This document shows, in pieces, positions 37,737 to 47,612 of a stretch of DNA of 64,000 nucleotides. The DNA comes from a virus (taxonomy: Duplodnaviria; Caudoviricetes). Under the pieces are notes generated by a model that had not been told where the DNA came from, did not search any database, and saw only the letters and a program-made list of their open reading frames with translations. The translations under genes were made by a program, and so were the position numbers. Numbering within the stretch: position 1 is the first letter of the stretch; each line of letters begins with the position of its first letter. Location: IMG/VR virus record IMGVR_UViG_3300016744_000001. One strand, 5' to 3'.

Positions 37737-40283
37737 CTACAACTCATTTATTTTTGTGTACAGGTTGATTTCCTGTGGAAGCTGGATGTTGTCTTTCTTC
37801 AAACAGACAACATCCTTGTACAAGAACCCAGAGTACAAGGTAGGATCATGATAGATCATCCACAACTGCGGAGCATATTGCGAATCCATGTATCCATTCA
37901 GCCATTCCAAAAGAGTTTGTTTGTGACGTGGATCAAATCCATCATCACACTCATCGAAGAACATCGGGAAATCATTCCCGTTAGCAGCGAATACCAATGC
38001 TGGGTAAAACGCAAAGTTGATTGCTGCTTGTTGTGACTTGCTCAAGCGACTGATTGGTCCGGGTTGTTTGTTATTGCACCGAGCCATGAAGTCACAGCTC
38101 ACATCGTCATGTTCTTTCAGTAACTCAAGCTGGATTGGGTACGTCCAGATCTTGTTAAGAATGAAGTTGACGTTCTCAAGGATGGCATTGATGAACTGCA
38201 ACGTGTGATGATGAGGCATACCGGATTCAGGGTTTAATCCGATCTCAAGATAGTTGTAGATCTTCTGTCGCTTCTCAATCGTTTCGATGAGAGAAGTGAT
38301 CTCCTCAGTGTACCGTGCCCGAAGAGTTTCTTGTTCTTTGAGCTGATTGGTCAGGGTGTAGATCTGGTTATCCAATTCCTGCTTCTGTTCTGTGAATGAT
38401 GGCAGCACACAAGTTTGCAAGTACTGGATATACTCATCAAGCATGACGTACTGATGATGGCTAGCTACGTTCTTGAGTAAACGTTCCCCAGCTTCATACA
38501 GCTTCTTATACCGTTCCCCAAACTGGATTTTCTCATTGATATCCTGACAAAGGGTGTGCAGCATAATCGCATCCACCTGACACTGTTGGAGTTGTGCAAG
38601 TTTCTCTTGATAGAGCTTCTTGAGTATCTCCATCGCTGGTGTCTGAACTTTCTTGAGAGCATCAATTGTTGACTGAGCTTGTTGAATCTCTTTCTCCAAT
38701 TCAACTTTTTCTCGAATAAACTGCTGTGCCTGAATGGTCATGTGACACTGATGCAACCAGTGATTCAAATCACCATTCAAGATTTTCAGTAGATCTCGTT
38801 CAGTGTACTGCCAAACAGTTCCCGATAATAACTGGAACACCTGTTCAATTGTGCTTAACTGTTGCTTCAGGATGCCGAGCATATCAAACATTTTGTTTGA
38901 GACTCGTTCAACTTTCTGAAGTTGTTTTGATTGTTGTTCAATCTCCACTTTCAGGTTCTTCGCTTTAACTTCAAGTTTTTTACGTTGCGACCCAAAGTGT
39001 ACAGCGTAATCACAGGTTTTACAATTGCTAAGGATTTCCGTCGGACCATTCAGCAATTGTTTTAGCTCTTCTTCAATCTGAAATAGCTGATCGTCGGCTA
39101 TCCGCATCCGTTCTTTGTGATGTTGCCAACGATTTTGCAATTGGTTATACTTGTAGTTGACTCGATTGCATCGATCCGTGGGATACCAAACTCGATGAAG
39201 TTGAGCGTTCTCACCAGTAAACAAATCGTACAATCGTTCTTGTACCTGCTGATGTCTTGAAACCTGTGAGTCGGGAATGGTTGGAAACTGAAAGAACTCC
39301 TTGATCTCATCGAGGCGTTTCAACTTGACGGAAATCAAGTCAATACAGTCCTTCTGCTCATTGTCTTGGACTGTGAACATTGAAGGATCATACTGCTGCA
39401 GCTCTGACTGAATCTTTTCAAATGACTCCCGTGTGTTTTTCAACTGCTCTTCAAACTGGCTACGTTGAGCAACCAACGCGGTCATCTGGTTCTCAAACTC
39501 GTCTACTTCAAATCGCATCGGAGCTGTGGCAAGAATATGTTGCACCCGCTTACGATATTTTACGGCTTTCTCAACCGTCACTTCTTCATGTTCAATCGTC
39601 AGACGTTCATCTTGATATTCCTTGATTCGACTATTGAGCAGAAAGATTTCATTCCCAAGATCCAGCTGCTGCTGACTTAAGATCGTGGACTTTTCCATCA
39701 TGTCAGCGATGATCTCTTTAGAGAGTAATTTCTCTTCAACTGTCTGCTTTCTGGTGTACAACAACTGAAGATTACTCTTAGCTGTTCGCAGTTCAGACTT
39801 TGCTTGTTTGTGCAATTGGACAATAAAGTCTGGTACGGATGGACTCATACTCAGTAGTAACTGCTTTCGATCAGCAACCGACATGTTAGTTACCTGATAC
39901 CGACAATGTGTCAGGTCGTCAATCAACTGAGTATAACCAAGGTGTTGAGCACACAAGTCAATTTGGGTGTTGGTTAACCCATTGACGTTCAACTCAGCAC
40001 CATTCTTGCAGAATGAATGTTTCCCCTGCTTCTTTTCAAAGCTTGACGTGATAACGTATTCTTCACCGTCATGCAAGATCGTTAGCTTCTTGTAACCACC
40101 GGTATGGTAATCACTCTTAGTTGCTGGAAGAGGAGTGATTTGTGCAATCAGTTTTGATTTACCTGAGCCATTTGTACCGATAACAATCTGTACCTGACTC
40201 ATTGCCTCTATCTGTATTGATCGAATGTCTCCAACGACATCCAACCATTTCAATCCTTTTATTTCAACTTTCGTAACGTACAT
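37737..40283 (-). CDS. sbcC: SbcC/Rad50-like SMC ATPase (phiKZ-type)
   Basis: Walker A GTNGSGKS, long coiled coil with central CKTC zinc hook, signature LSKSQ, Walker B FFDECD. Confidence 0.88.
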   Translation of the reverse strand: MYVTKVEIKGLKWLDVVGDIRSIQIEAMSQVQIVIGTNGSGKSKLIAQITPLPATKSDYHTGGYKKLTILHDGEEYVITSSFEKKQGKHSFCKNGAELNVNGLTNTQIDLCAQHLGYTQLIDDLTHCRYQVTNMSVADRKQLLLSMSPSVPDFIVQLHKQAKSELRTAKSNLQLLYTRKQTVEEKLLSKEIIADMMEKSTILSQQQLDLGNEIFLLNSRIKEYQDERLTIEHEEVTVEKAVKYRKRVQHILATAPMRFEVDEFENQMTALVAQRSQFEEQLKNTRESFEKIQSELQQYDPSMFTVQDNEQKDCIDLISVKLKRLDEIKEFFQFPTIPDSQVSRHQQVQERLYDLFTGENAQLHRVWYPTDRCNRVNYKYNQLQNRWQHHKERMRIADDQLFQIEEELKQLLNGPTEILSNCKTCDYAVHFGSQRKKLEVKAKNLKVEIEQQSKQLQKVERVSNKMFDMLGILKQQLSTIEQVFQLLSGTVWQYTERDLLKILNGDLNHWLHQCHMTIQAQQFIREKVELEKEIQQAQSTIDALKKVQTPAMEILKKLYQEKLAQLQQCQVDAIMLHTLCQDINEKIQFGERYKKLYEAGERLLKNVASHHQYVMLDEYIQYLQTCVLPSFTEQKQELDNQIYTLTNQLKEQETLRARYTEEITSLIETIEKRQKIYNYLEIGLNPESGMPHHHTLQFINAILENVNFILNKIWTYPIQLELLKEHDDVSCDFMARCNNKQPGPISRLSKSQQAAINFAFYPALVFAANGNDFPMFFDECDDGFDPRHKQTLLEWLNGYMDSQYAPQLWMIYHDPTLYSGFLYKDVVCLKKDNIQLPQEINLYTKINEL

Positions 40284-40403
40284 GCGAACCTTCTTAGTTA
40301 AGTTGGAAGCATATCACAATACCTTAACGTAGGAAATCAGGGAACTAACCATTTTTAGTGACTATCATTTGGCTAGGTTTACCTAAACATTAAGAGGATC
40401 ACT

Positions 40404-40964
40404 ATGTCACTCATGAATAATGATGCAATGTTCCCGTACGTTGACATTGATGCCATCTACCTGAAGTGTGGCAACAATCAACGGCTAAAAGAAGTTTATC
40501 GGATGCTGCTTAACCAGCTCTACAGTGAATGTGATCAAGTGGTCTGTCCGATCACTGGTGATGATGCAACTAATCGGCACTTCACCTACAGCACATTCGC
40601 AGTGAATGCTGAATCATACCAAGCGTCCTATCATGACGAAGTGTACTCTTGGCATGTTGGTCCCACCGGGATCACAGTTCCGTATGGTAATGCCTTGTCA
40701 TTTCACATCTGCAGTTCTGACTGGCTGGCAAAGGTTTCCCGCTCATTGCGGTGTATCTGGCATGCTGCTCGATTGATCCCCAACGACGACAAATACCATC
40801 GGACATTCGTCAACATCAGTATCCCGTGGTTGGCGTTGGACAAACCAATCGACACCGTCACAGACCAAGAGTTGATTGACTACGCTGAAGTAGTCTTAGC
40901 ATCAATCTCTGGCCAAGTGTGGGTAAAGAACAAGCAGGTCATCAGTCTGCCAGCTTACCAATGA
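40404..40964 (+). CDS. Hypothetical protein at the head of the fibre/radical-SAM operon
   Basis: GAGGA RBS; 186 aa. Confidence 0.7.
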   Translation: MSLMNNDAMFPYVDIDAIYLKCGNNQRLKEVYRMLLNQLYSECDQVVCPITGDDATNRHFTYSTFAVNAESYQASYHDEVYSWHVGPTGITVPYGNALSFHICSSDWLAKVSRSLRCIWHAARLIPNDDKYHRTFVNISIPWLALDKPIDTVTDQELIDYAEVVLASISGQVWVKNKQVISLPAYQ

Positions 40965-40971
40965 GGCAATC

Positions 40972-41508
40972 ATGAACGAACTTATCATCAAAATCACAAT
41001 TGTGTCAAAACCACTGGCTTACTGGCAAACAAATGATCCAGTGATCCCATTTGGTCAAGCGGCGCATGTTGTTGAAAACGCCATGAGTCAGGTTCGCATT
41101 GGTGATGGGGTCGCCAAATGGAGTGCCCTTCCTGATAAGAACATTGACATGAGCGTAGCTCCTCACCACGGCACACATGACACAAGTGGCACTGATCCAA
41201 TCAGTATCCACCTGAGTCAAGTCAGTGACTTCACTGCACAACATGGCTCAATCGCAGCTTCAACTACTGTGGTTGGGCACATCCAAGTTGCCAGTGATGC
41301 TGACATCGCTACTGGTACAGAAACCGGCAAAGCTGTCAACCCAAAACAGTTGAAGACAGCTTTGGACGCTCTTTCATTGGTTGCCATCCAAGCCACTGCA
41401 CCGGAAAAGAAAACTGTGTTGTGGGTAAATACTACCGACTCAACGATCAACTACTGGAACGGGTCGGCTTGGGTAACCACAGTTGGGCGTTTTGCTGACG
41501 TGACCTAA
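40972..41508 (+). CDS. Short tail-fibre-like protein
   Basis: N-terminal W..NDPVI..G......VRIGDGVAKWSALP (Mtd/hyaluronidase-N-like); HHGTH...G.D; ASTTVVGHIQVA...G....AVNPKQLK fibre repeat; YWNGSAW. Confidence 0.75.
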   Translation: MNELIIKITIVSKPLAYWQTNDPVIPFGQAAHVVENAMSQVRIGDGVAKWSALPDKNIDMSVAPHHGTHDTSGTDPISIHLSQVSDFTAQHGSIAASTTVVGHIQVASDADIATGTETGKAVNPKQLKTALDALSLVAIQATAPEKKTVLWVNTTDSTINYWNGSAWVTTVGRFADVT

Positions 41509-41519
41509 AGGAGTTTGAA

Positions 41520-41789
41520 ATGGCCGTTAATGAAACGATTACTCAAACTACCTTTACTGGGTTCAGTCGATTCCCTAAGTTTGTGCACATTCAAGAACTG
41601 AAAACTGCGCTTACTCAACTGGATGCGTACAGTAAGAATGTTGTTAACTGCAACTGTGCCCCAAGTAACTGTTGCCAGGCAAACTGTTCTTATACCTGTC
41701 AATCCTGTCAAAGTTGTCAATGGTGTCAAACTTGTCAAAGTCAATGCCAAAATTGTTGGAACTGCAATTGTGGTGATGACGGATCTTAG
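41520..41789 (+). CDS. Cys-rich protein A (candidate radical SAM substrate)
   Basis: AAGGAG RBS; 14 Cys in the C-terminal half, (CQx)n repeats, NCNC at both ends of the core. Confidence 0.85.
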   Translation: MAVNETITQTTFTGFSRFPKFVHIQELKTALTQLDAYSKNVVNCNCAPSNCCQANCSYTCQSCQSCQWCQTCQSQCQNCWNCNCGDDGS

Positions 41790-41797
41790 GAGGTAGC

Positions 41798-42112
41798 ATG
41801 TCTTTACCAACCAGACAAGAAATCATTGACATGACTACTCAATTTGAGCAAATCCGTGACAGTGTAACCTACAAATCTGGTCAAACAAAACCAGTAATCG
41901 ACAAGCATACTCACACCGTAACTTTCCCGGAGAGGGTGACACTTACTTCGCTGCAAGCTGGGGTGAAACAACTTGAGAGTTATTACTCTCAAAACTGCAA
42001 TTGTTTAACCAACCCACAATGTTGCCAGACTTGTCAAATCTGTCAGGTGTGTCAAAGCTGTCAAAGTTGTGAAAGTGGTTGGTGTGAAAATAACTGTTTG
42101 CAGTGCAACTGA
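41798..42112 (+). CDS. Cys-rich protein B (paralogue of A)
   Basis: AGGAGG RBS; 12 Cys; QLESYYSQNCNC..CCQTCQICQVCQSCQSC. Confidence 0.85.
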   Translation: MSLPTRQEIIDMTTQFEQIRDSVTYKSGQTKPVIDKHTHTVTFPERVTLTSLQAGVKQLESYYSQNCNCLTNPQCCQTCQICQVCQSCQSCESGWCENNCLQCN

Positions 42113-42124
42113 TAGGAGACCATC

Positions 42125-42964
42125 ATGCTCAAGATATACTCCCTGGCTGTTGATCAGACAAGAAAGTTCTCAATTGATCTGGTGGACAACCAACTTTCTG
42201 TAAAAGTCATTGATGACTCAACCAACGGGATCGTCAATGAGTGCTCTCCCACCTTGATCGAGTCTTACCACTCTTATGGACTGTTTAGTGGCAACTTCGT
42301 TGAACGAGTGCCCAGCACAATTTTCAAAGAGTTGGATCAGGTGATCCATGCCGGATCACTCAAACTCGTGAACTATCTCCGCCTTGGTTATGGCCCACGG
42401 GAATCGTTCATGGGGATTGCTGACTTTTGGTCACACAACCCACTTGGTCAAGTTGACACTGGTTTGTACACCGACCAAGAAAAGGACATTGTGATCACTG
42501 TCTTTGGTGGTTGGAATCCGGATAGTATCGTCAATAGCTCGATCCCATACGAAGTCCGCACCCCACTGCCGGCAGACACATTTCACTCGCATAAATCCAA
42601 TGCCCGTTGGACGCTTTGGGATCGATATGCGGTCGGAATCAATGGCTTGGAATACTGGGCAGACCAAAACGGTATTCGAAAAGACACCAATGCAGAAACA
42701 ATTGCAATTCCAACAAAGGAATGTTTGGAGTTTAATCTCCAGAAGTATACCTCTGATTGGTCAACAAAGCTTGAACGCCCAGTCGACTGTAATGAACTAA
42801 CGCTTGAAACCACTTGTGGTCTTTTGCGCACAACCAGAGTCCCGTTGGTTGAAGGCAAAGCAAAATTCCACCTGTACCCGTTTGGTCATCTTGGTGAATT
42901 CAAAATCAAGGTTGGCTGGCGATGGTACCCTGTTTGGGATGAATACAAGTTCACGTTAATTTAA
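42125..42964 (+). CDS. Accessory protein of cassette 1 (C-terminal beta domain shared with 48481..49482)
   Basis: LETTCGLLRTTRVPLVEGKAKF...G...IKVGWRW. Confidence 0.75.
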   Translation: MLKIYSLAVDQTRKFSIDLVDNQLSVKVIDDSTNGIVNECSPTLIESYHSYGLFSGNFVERVPSTIFKELDQVIHAGSLKLVNYLRLGYGPRESFMGIADFWSHNPLGQVDTGLYTDQEKDIVITVFGGWNPDSIVNSSIPYEVRTPLPADTFHSHKSNARWTLWDRYAVGINGLEYWADQNGIRKDTNAETIAIPTKECLEFNLQKYTSDWSTKLERPVDCNELTLETTCGLLRTTRVPLVEGKAKFHLYPFGHLGEFKIKVGWRWYPVWDEYKFTLI

Positions 42965-43018
42965 ATATAGTAGTGAGAAGGTGTTTGCCTTCTCACTACT
43001 GCAAATAAGGATTAAACC

Positions 43019-44098
43019 ATGAACAATCTGCTTTCTATCCCTGCTGTCAGAACTATCTTTCTGATGCTTGGACCTAAATGTAATCTGTCTTGCAAGTATT
43101 GCTTGCAGTCTTTAGATACGACTCCGGTTAAGCTCAACCCCGACATTTTTCCATTCATTGAAAAGATTGCTGAAGCAAACCCAGAAACACCAGTACACCT
43201 CCAATTTTTTGGAGGTGAGCCTTTGCTTCACTGGGATTCGGTAATCAAGGAAACACTAGATCATTTCGAAGGTGTTGAGAACATCCAGTTTTCCATGATC
43301 ACCAACGGTGTTGGTCTTACTCAAGAAATCGTGGATACCTGCAACCAGCGAAATGTTAGCATCTGTGTGTCGTGGGATGGGCCAAACACACAAGAACTTC
43401 GTGGGTTTGATGTTCTGAATTCTGAAAAACACCGAATATTGTTGTTGCAAGTTATTCGGCTTAGTTTGTCAGCTGTCGTCACATCCGAGTCATATCCAGT
43501 AGAGATCATCGATGCTGCGATGCCATTCGTTCTTGATTACCATGCTGCTACTGGAAATCACTGCTCGATCAACTTTGACACCATCTTTCAATCGAAAGAC
43601 CCCGAGCTTGAAAAGCTTGATCTCTCAAGATTGTACAACGATAATCAGATCTTGTGTGCCGAACTGAAAAAACGGTTGCTGAACCAAGAACACAACCCGT
43701 ACTACGCTCATCACGCTGATCAGATCTTTGGGATGTTGACCAAGTCAATTAAAAACGACACCGACTTCTTGTACAGTACCTGTGCATGTGAAAATGGGTA
43801 TGCTGTGCTCAACCTTGGAATTGACGGTACACTGTATCAGTGTCACAATGTGGCCACCGTACTCGGGAATATTTACTCCGGTTACCTTCCGTATATGAAG
43901 GCGGTGATCCGCAATGATCCTACGAAAACTAGGGTGGTTGAGACTTGTCAGCATTGCCCAGTTGTTGCAATGTGCAAAGGGGGATGCATGCTTGTTCCAG
44001 CTGACCAAATCAACGGTAATTACTGTGGAATCAAACGAGCGATGTTTCTTCCGTTCATTGAGCTTCTATTGTCCTTTGACAAGGATACTCCAAAATGA
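43019..44098 (+). CDS. Radical SAM/SPASM maturase 1a
   Basis: CNLSCKYC, FFGGEPLL, ITNG, SWDG; SPASM C...GTLYQCH...CQHCPVVAMCKGGC...YC. Confidence 0.92.
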   Translation: MNNLLSIPAVRTIFLMLGPKCNLSCKYCLQSLDTTPVKLNPDIFPFIEKIAEANPETPVHLQFFGGEPLLHWDSVIKETLDHFEGVENIQFSMITNGVGLTQEIVDTCNQRNVSICVSWDGPNTQELRGFDVLNSEKHRILLLQVIRLSLSAVVTSESYPVEIIDAAMPFVLDYHAATGNHCSINFDTIFQSKDPELEKLDLSRLYNDNQILCAELKKRLLNQEHNPYYAHHADQIFGMLTKSIKNDTDFLYSTCACENGYAVLNLGIDGTLYQCHNVATVLGNIYSGYLPYMKAVIRNDPTKTRVVETCQHCPVVAMCKGGCMLVPADQINGNYCGIKRAMFLPFIELLLSFDKDTPK

Positions 44099-45057
44099 AA
44101 TCACTCACCATCCATTTAGGTAGCCAGTGCAACGCCGCTTGTGAGTACTGTCACTGTGAAAAAAATGGTCATCTTGAACCCGATGCTGAAGCATTAGCCG
44201 TCAGGATTAATGAACTTCCAGAACATTCCAGAGTGAAGTTTCTTGGTGGTGAACCATTGGTCTACTGGGACACAATCGAATACCTCCAAAAGAAGTTTCG
44301 TTTGAAGTATCAGTGGTCAGTTGGTACAAATGGTATCCTTCTTGACAAGTATCTTGACAAGTTGAAACGATTTCAAACTCAGATTTGTATCTCTTATGAC
44401 GGCAGCAGCTCTCTGCGAAAAATGCCGGTCAACTGGGATATCCTTTACCAGCTATCTGAATTGTGGTTGAGTTATACGGTGATGAACACCAATTGTGATG
44501 TGCTCAAAGAGATGACATTCATCGATGAGATCTCTAAAGAATACGTCACTCCTATCTGGTGCATTCCTCACTTCATGCATGCCTTGGTCCAAGAGCATCA
44601 ACCCTTTGTCATTACCGATCAGCAGCTTGATCAACTGATCGCTGATTGTCAGCTGGCAATTGACTACTTTGTTGATGCCGCCCCAACAAGTGTTCCAATG
44701 TCCAAGTACTTTGGAATCTATTTGTGGATTGCATCAAAAGTTCACCAGAACAATTTTTCCTTTGGTGAGACGACTTGCTTTAACAACAATCTGATCAAGA
44801 TCAACAATCAAGGGCAGTTGGTTTCTTGTTTGTACGATCAAAGCTTACACCTTTCTGACATCAATTGGTTTGATGTTCAAAAAGCTGAACTCCGCGAGCA
44901 TCAACCAAAATGTCAAACCTGTTTGGTGTATCGCTACTGTGGAGCAGCTTGTTACAAAAGCAAGTTCTCGGATCATGAATGTCAATTTTACAAAACCATG
45001 ATTCCATGGTTCGTGAGGAAGTATGGCCATAGACCACTTATTCGTCTTTGCCGATAG
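44095..45057 (+). CDS. Radical SAM/SPASM maturase 1b
   Basis: CNAACEYC, FLGGEPL, TNG, SYDG; CQTCLVYRYCGAAC...EC; ATGA overlap with 1a. Confidence 0.92.
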   Translation: MKSLTIHLGSQCNAACEYCHCEKNGHLEPDAEALAVRINELPEHSRVKFLGGEPLVYWDTIEYLQKKFRLKYQWSVGTNGILLDKYLDKLKRFQTQICISYDGSSSLRKMPVNWDILYQLSELWLSYTVMNTNCDVLKEMTFIDEISKEYVTPIWCIPHFMHALVQEHQPFVITDQQLDQLIADCQLAIDYFVDAAPTSVPMSKYFGIYLWIASKVHQNNFSFGETTCFNNNLIKINNQGQLVSCLYDQSLHLSDINWFDVQKAELREHQPKCQTCLVYRYCGAACYKSKFSDHECQFYKTMIPWFVRKYGHRPLIRLCR

Positions 45058-45685
45058 CATCCAACTCCCGTGTAAACTGATCGTTGAGCGGGCCAATGGT
45101 GTCTATCAGTTCAAGTTGGACTTCTTGGATCAGGTAGTGGAGGTATCTCCAGAACTTCTAGAACAAAACTCTACTGTTGGTATCATGTACAACGCTGAGC
45201 TTCAAAAGCTTTACCCGTTGTACAACCTTCGAGAAGTCGCCAGCTTCATCGGTTGCAACTCAAAGCAACTGTGCCCTCAACTTGGGCAGAATTGCTTTGC
45301 TCAGATTGACAAGAAGTCTGATGAAGTCACGTTCATTAAGATCTTCTTGCCTCAGAGCCAACTGACGTGGCAGTCTGCCACGATTGACCGGAACACTCTG
45401 ACGATGGTTCAACTTGATCAGCTCACAGCAATTGATCAAGAATTCCAGCATGTCTGGGAAATCATTGATGTTTCGGTGATCAGTGATCGTCTTCTCGTCT
45501 CTATTGATTTCCATCGGAAGTATCCTGAACCAGTATTCCTTTTCTACGGTGGATTGTCACAAGAGTTGCATGAAGGGGTGCAACAGCTCTCGTTCCCATT
45601 CTTGAAAGGGAACAACCTTCACATCCGGTTTGACCGTACCAGGTTTTCGACTTGGCAGTATTCTGTGGACAGCAATATTAAATGA
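45023..45685 (+). CDS. Accessory protein of cassette 1
   Basis: GAGGA RBS, overlaps the end of radical SAM 1b. Confidence 0.7.
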   Translation: MAIDHLFVFADSIQLPCKLIVERANGVYQFKLDFLDQVVEVSPELLEQNSTVGIMYNAELQKLYPLYNLREVASFIGCNSKQLCPQLGQNCFAQIDKKSDEVTFIKIFLPQSQLTWQSATIDRNTLTMVQLDQLTAIDQEFQHVWEIIDVSVISDRLLVSIDFHRKYPEPVFLFYGGLSQELHEGVQQLSFPFLKGNNLHIRFDRTRFSTWQYSVDSNIK

Positions 45686-45768
45686 ACAGCACCTTTCCTA
45701 CTCTCCTTTCTTAAGGAGAGTATGGATGGTAGTATGCATTACAGATATCTTTCTTAAGGAGAAAGTCC

Positions 45769-46530
45769 ATGGCTGATATGACTGCAACAATCCCTGTCAA
45801 ACCAACAGTGTTTCCGGAACCATTTGCCAATTCTGGCGATACCACACAGCTCCCTCAGACAACCACCACTCCCGGCAAAGCATCGTTCGATGCTGGTTTC
45901 CCTGAGGAATGCTCCAAACCTCTGGCGGATGGTGGTCTCCCTCCCAGTCGTATTGACTTCAACTCAATTTTCAAATTGATCACGGAGTGGTTGCATTACT
46001 TCCAGTCTGGTGGCCAGGTCACCTACAATCAGGACCTGAACTATATCACTCCTGCTCTGGTGTTCTACAACGGCACAGGATACGAATGCACTGCCGACAA
46101 TGGTCCTGCAGTTGCTGGCATCGGTATCAAAATTCCTGGTGCTGTGGGCAGTGAAACTTTCTGGAAGCCTGCTTCAGGTGAGCTGAACATCAACCACTTT
46201 GGCAACAATGCGAACTCATACCTTTTGACAGGTTACTACTATATTGAGGACGCATACGCCACGCTGAACTTCCCAGTCATCGGTTCTGGTGGGTTCTTGA
46301 CCGTGTCACGTCGTGACAACAATCTGGATCAGGCATTCGTACTGAGGACAGACGCAACCAAACTGTATCGCCGCAATTCGACAGACGGTGGTACCACTTG
46401 GTCAACTTGGACAAAGGTCGTCCACACGACTGACATTCGTGGCGACGCCTACTGCCAGCGTTTCATCACCATGTCTGATCCAGACCATGCGATCGGTAAT
46501 GACAACGACCTGTGGATTGTGTACCGGTAA
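45769..46530 (+). CDS. Tail fibre protein (prophage-myovirus-type N-terminus, knob-like C-terminus)
   Basis: PEPFANSGD, GKASFDAGFP..CSKPLADGGLPP...DFN N-terminus; TGYY....NFP....G.L.V....Q.......Y.R.....WSTW. Confidence 0.8.
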   Translation: MADMTATIPVKPTVFPEPFANSGDTTQLPQTTTTPGKASFDAGFPEECSKPLADGGLPPSRIDFNSIFKLITEWLHYFQSGGQVTYNQDLNYITPALVFYNGTGYECTADNGPAVAGIGIKIPGAVGSETFWKPASGELNINHFGNNANSYLLTGYYYIEDAYATLNFPVIGSGGFLTVSRRDNNLDQAFVLRTDATKLYRRNSTDGGTTWSTWTKVVHTTDIRGDAYCQRFITMSDPDHAIGNDNDLWIVYR

Positions 46531-46553
46531 TTTTTACCCCCAAGGAAATCATC

Positions 46554-47612
46554 ATGACAGACTGCGTACTTTACTGGAATGGTTCTGGTGGCAAAGTTGT
46601 CTCACAGGGTATCCTGTTTGAGATCAGCACCAAACCTGACCTGGGTTTCGAGTACGAAACCCTGAGCTACGAACCATCCATGAACTTTGCCCACTACACG
46701 TTGGCAACCAAGGATGAAAACAACCTCAGCACCATCCTGAAAGTTGATCTTTCAGAAGCTGAACTCGTCAAGGTTCAGAATTTCTGCAATGTCTTCATTG
46801 ATACTGCAGACTACGAAGTGGCCGCCTACAACACCGATCGAGTGTTCGTTGGTGTGATCATGAAGTCCTTGGCGATTGAAAAGAACCTGAAGTACTCAAT
46901 CACCGAGCGGCCGCCCATGCCGATGGCGAAGTTCAACGAAACCACCGGCAAATGGGAACCCATCTTTGTGGCCTTCAAAGAAGATGGTTTTCCGCTGTTC
47001 AACGTCACCAAACTGTCAGACGACATGGTGATGTTCTTCACTGAAACCGAATGGAAGGCACTGCCCACTCAGCCTTCTTACCGGTACTCACTGGATTTTG
47101 CGACATTGACTTGGATGGACAAACGTGATCTTGTCCGTGTCAAGAATGATGCCCTCATGACACTGCGGGTGTACTACGAACATCAGGACATTCGTGCGAA
47201 TGCTGGTTTCCGCACACCCAAGGAAATGATCCAGTGGAACATCCAGTACAATGAAGCCAAGGCGTTTACCGCCGATTCCAAGGTCAGCACTCCTTTCCTT
47301 GACGGCTTCCTGTCCAAGAATCCTCAGAGCACCAAAGAAGAACTGTGCGCTAAGATTCTTGAAGACTACACTGACGAAGCCCTGTTTGTGGCCGGCGCCG
47401 ATCATGGTGAGATGTACAACTACGTCTACCGGATCAAATCTGCCACCACCAATGTGGCAGTTGACGCCATCGTTGACGAGGTCAATGCCAAACTGCAGAA
47501 GTACAAAGTGGTCAACTACAACCAGGCGTATCCTTCTGCTCCGGCCAAAGAAGGCGAAGAAACTCTTGTAGTTGTCGGAGGTACCATCAACCATGGCGTC
47601 GGCAGTCTATAA
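46554..47612 (+). CDS. Tail-fibre assembly/chaperone-like protein
   Basis: P.P....FNETTGKW and EMIQWNIQYNEAKAF..D....TPFL......KEELCAKIL motifs typical of fibre-associated chaperones. Confidence 0.6.
   Translation: MTDCVLYWNGSGGKVVSQGILFEISTKPDLGFEYETLSYEPSMNFAHYTLATKDENNLSTILKVDLSEAELVKVQNFCNVFIDTADYEVAAYNTDRVFVGVIMKSLAIEKNLKYSITERPPMPMAKFNETTGKWEPIFVAFKEDGFPLFNVTKLSDDMVMFFTETEWKALPTQPSYRYSLDFATLTWMDKRDLVRVKNDALMTLRVYYEHQDIRANAGFRTPKEMIQWNIQYNEAKAFTADSKVSTPFLDGFLSKNPQSTKEELCAKILEDYTDEALFVAGADHGEMYNYVYRIKSATTNVAVDAIVDEVNAKLQKYKVVNYNQAYPSAPAKEGEETLVVVGGTINHGVGSL

Noticed and set aside
41690-42075. Short TGTCAA-based tandem repeats as a possible CRISPR array or DGR-type repeat
   Set aside because: The 9-bp period equals the Cys-Gln-x codons of the ORFs; no spacers, no cas gene or reverse transcriptase in the window.
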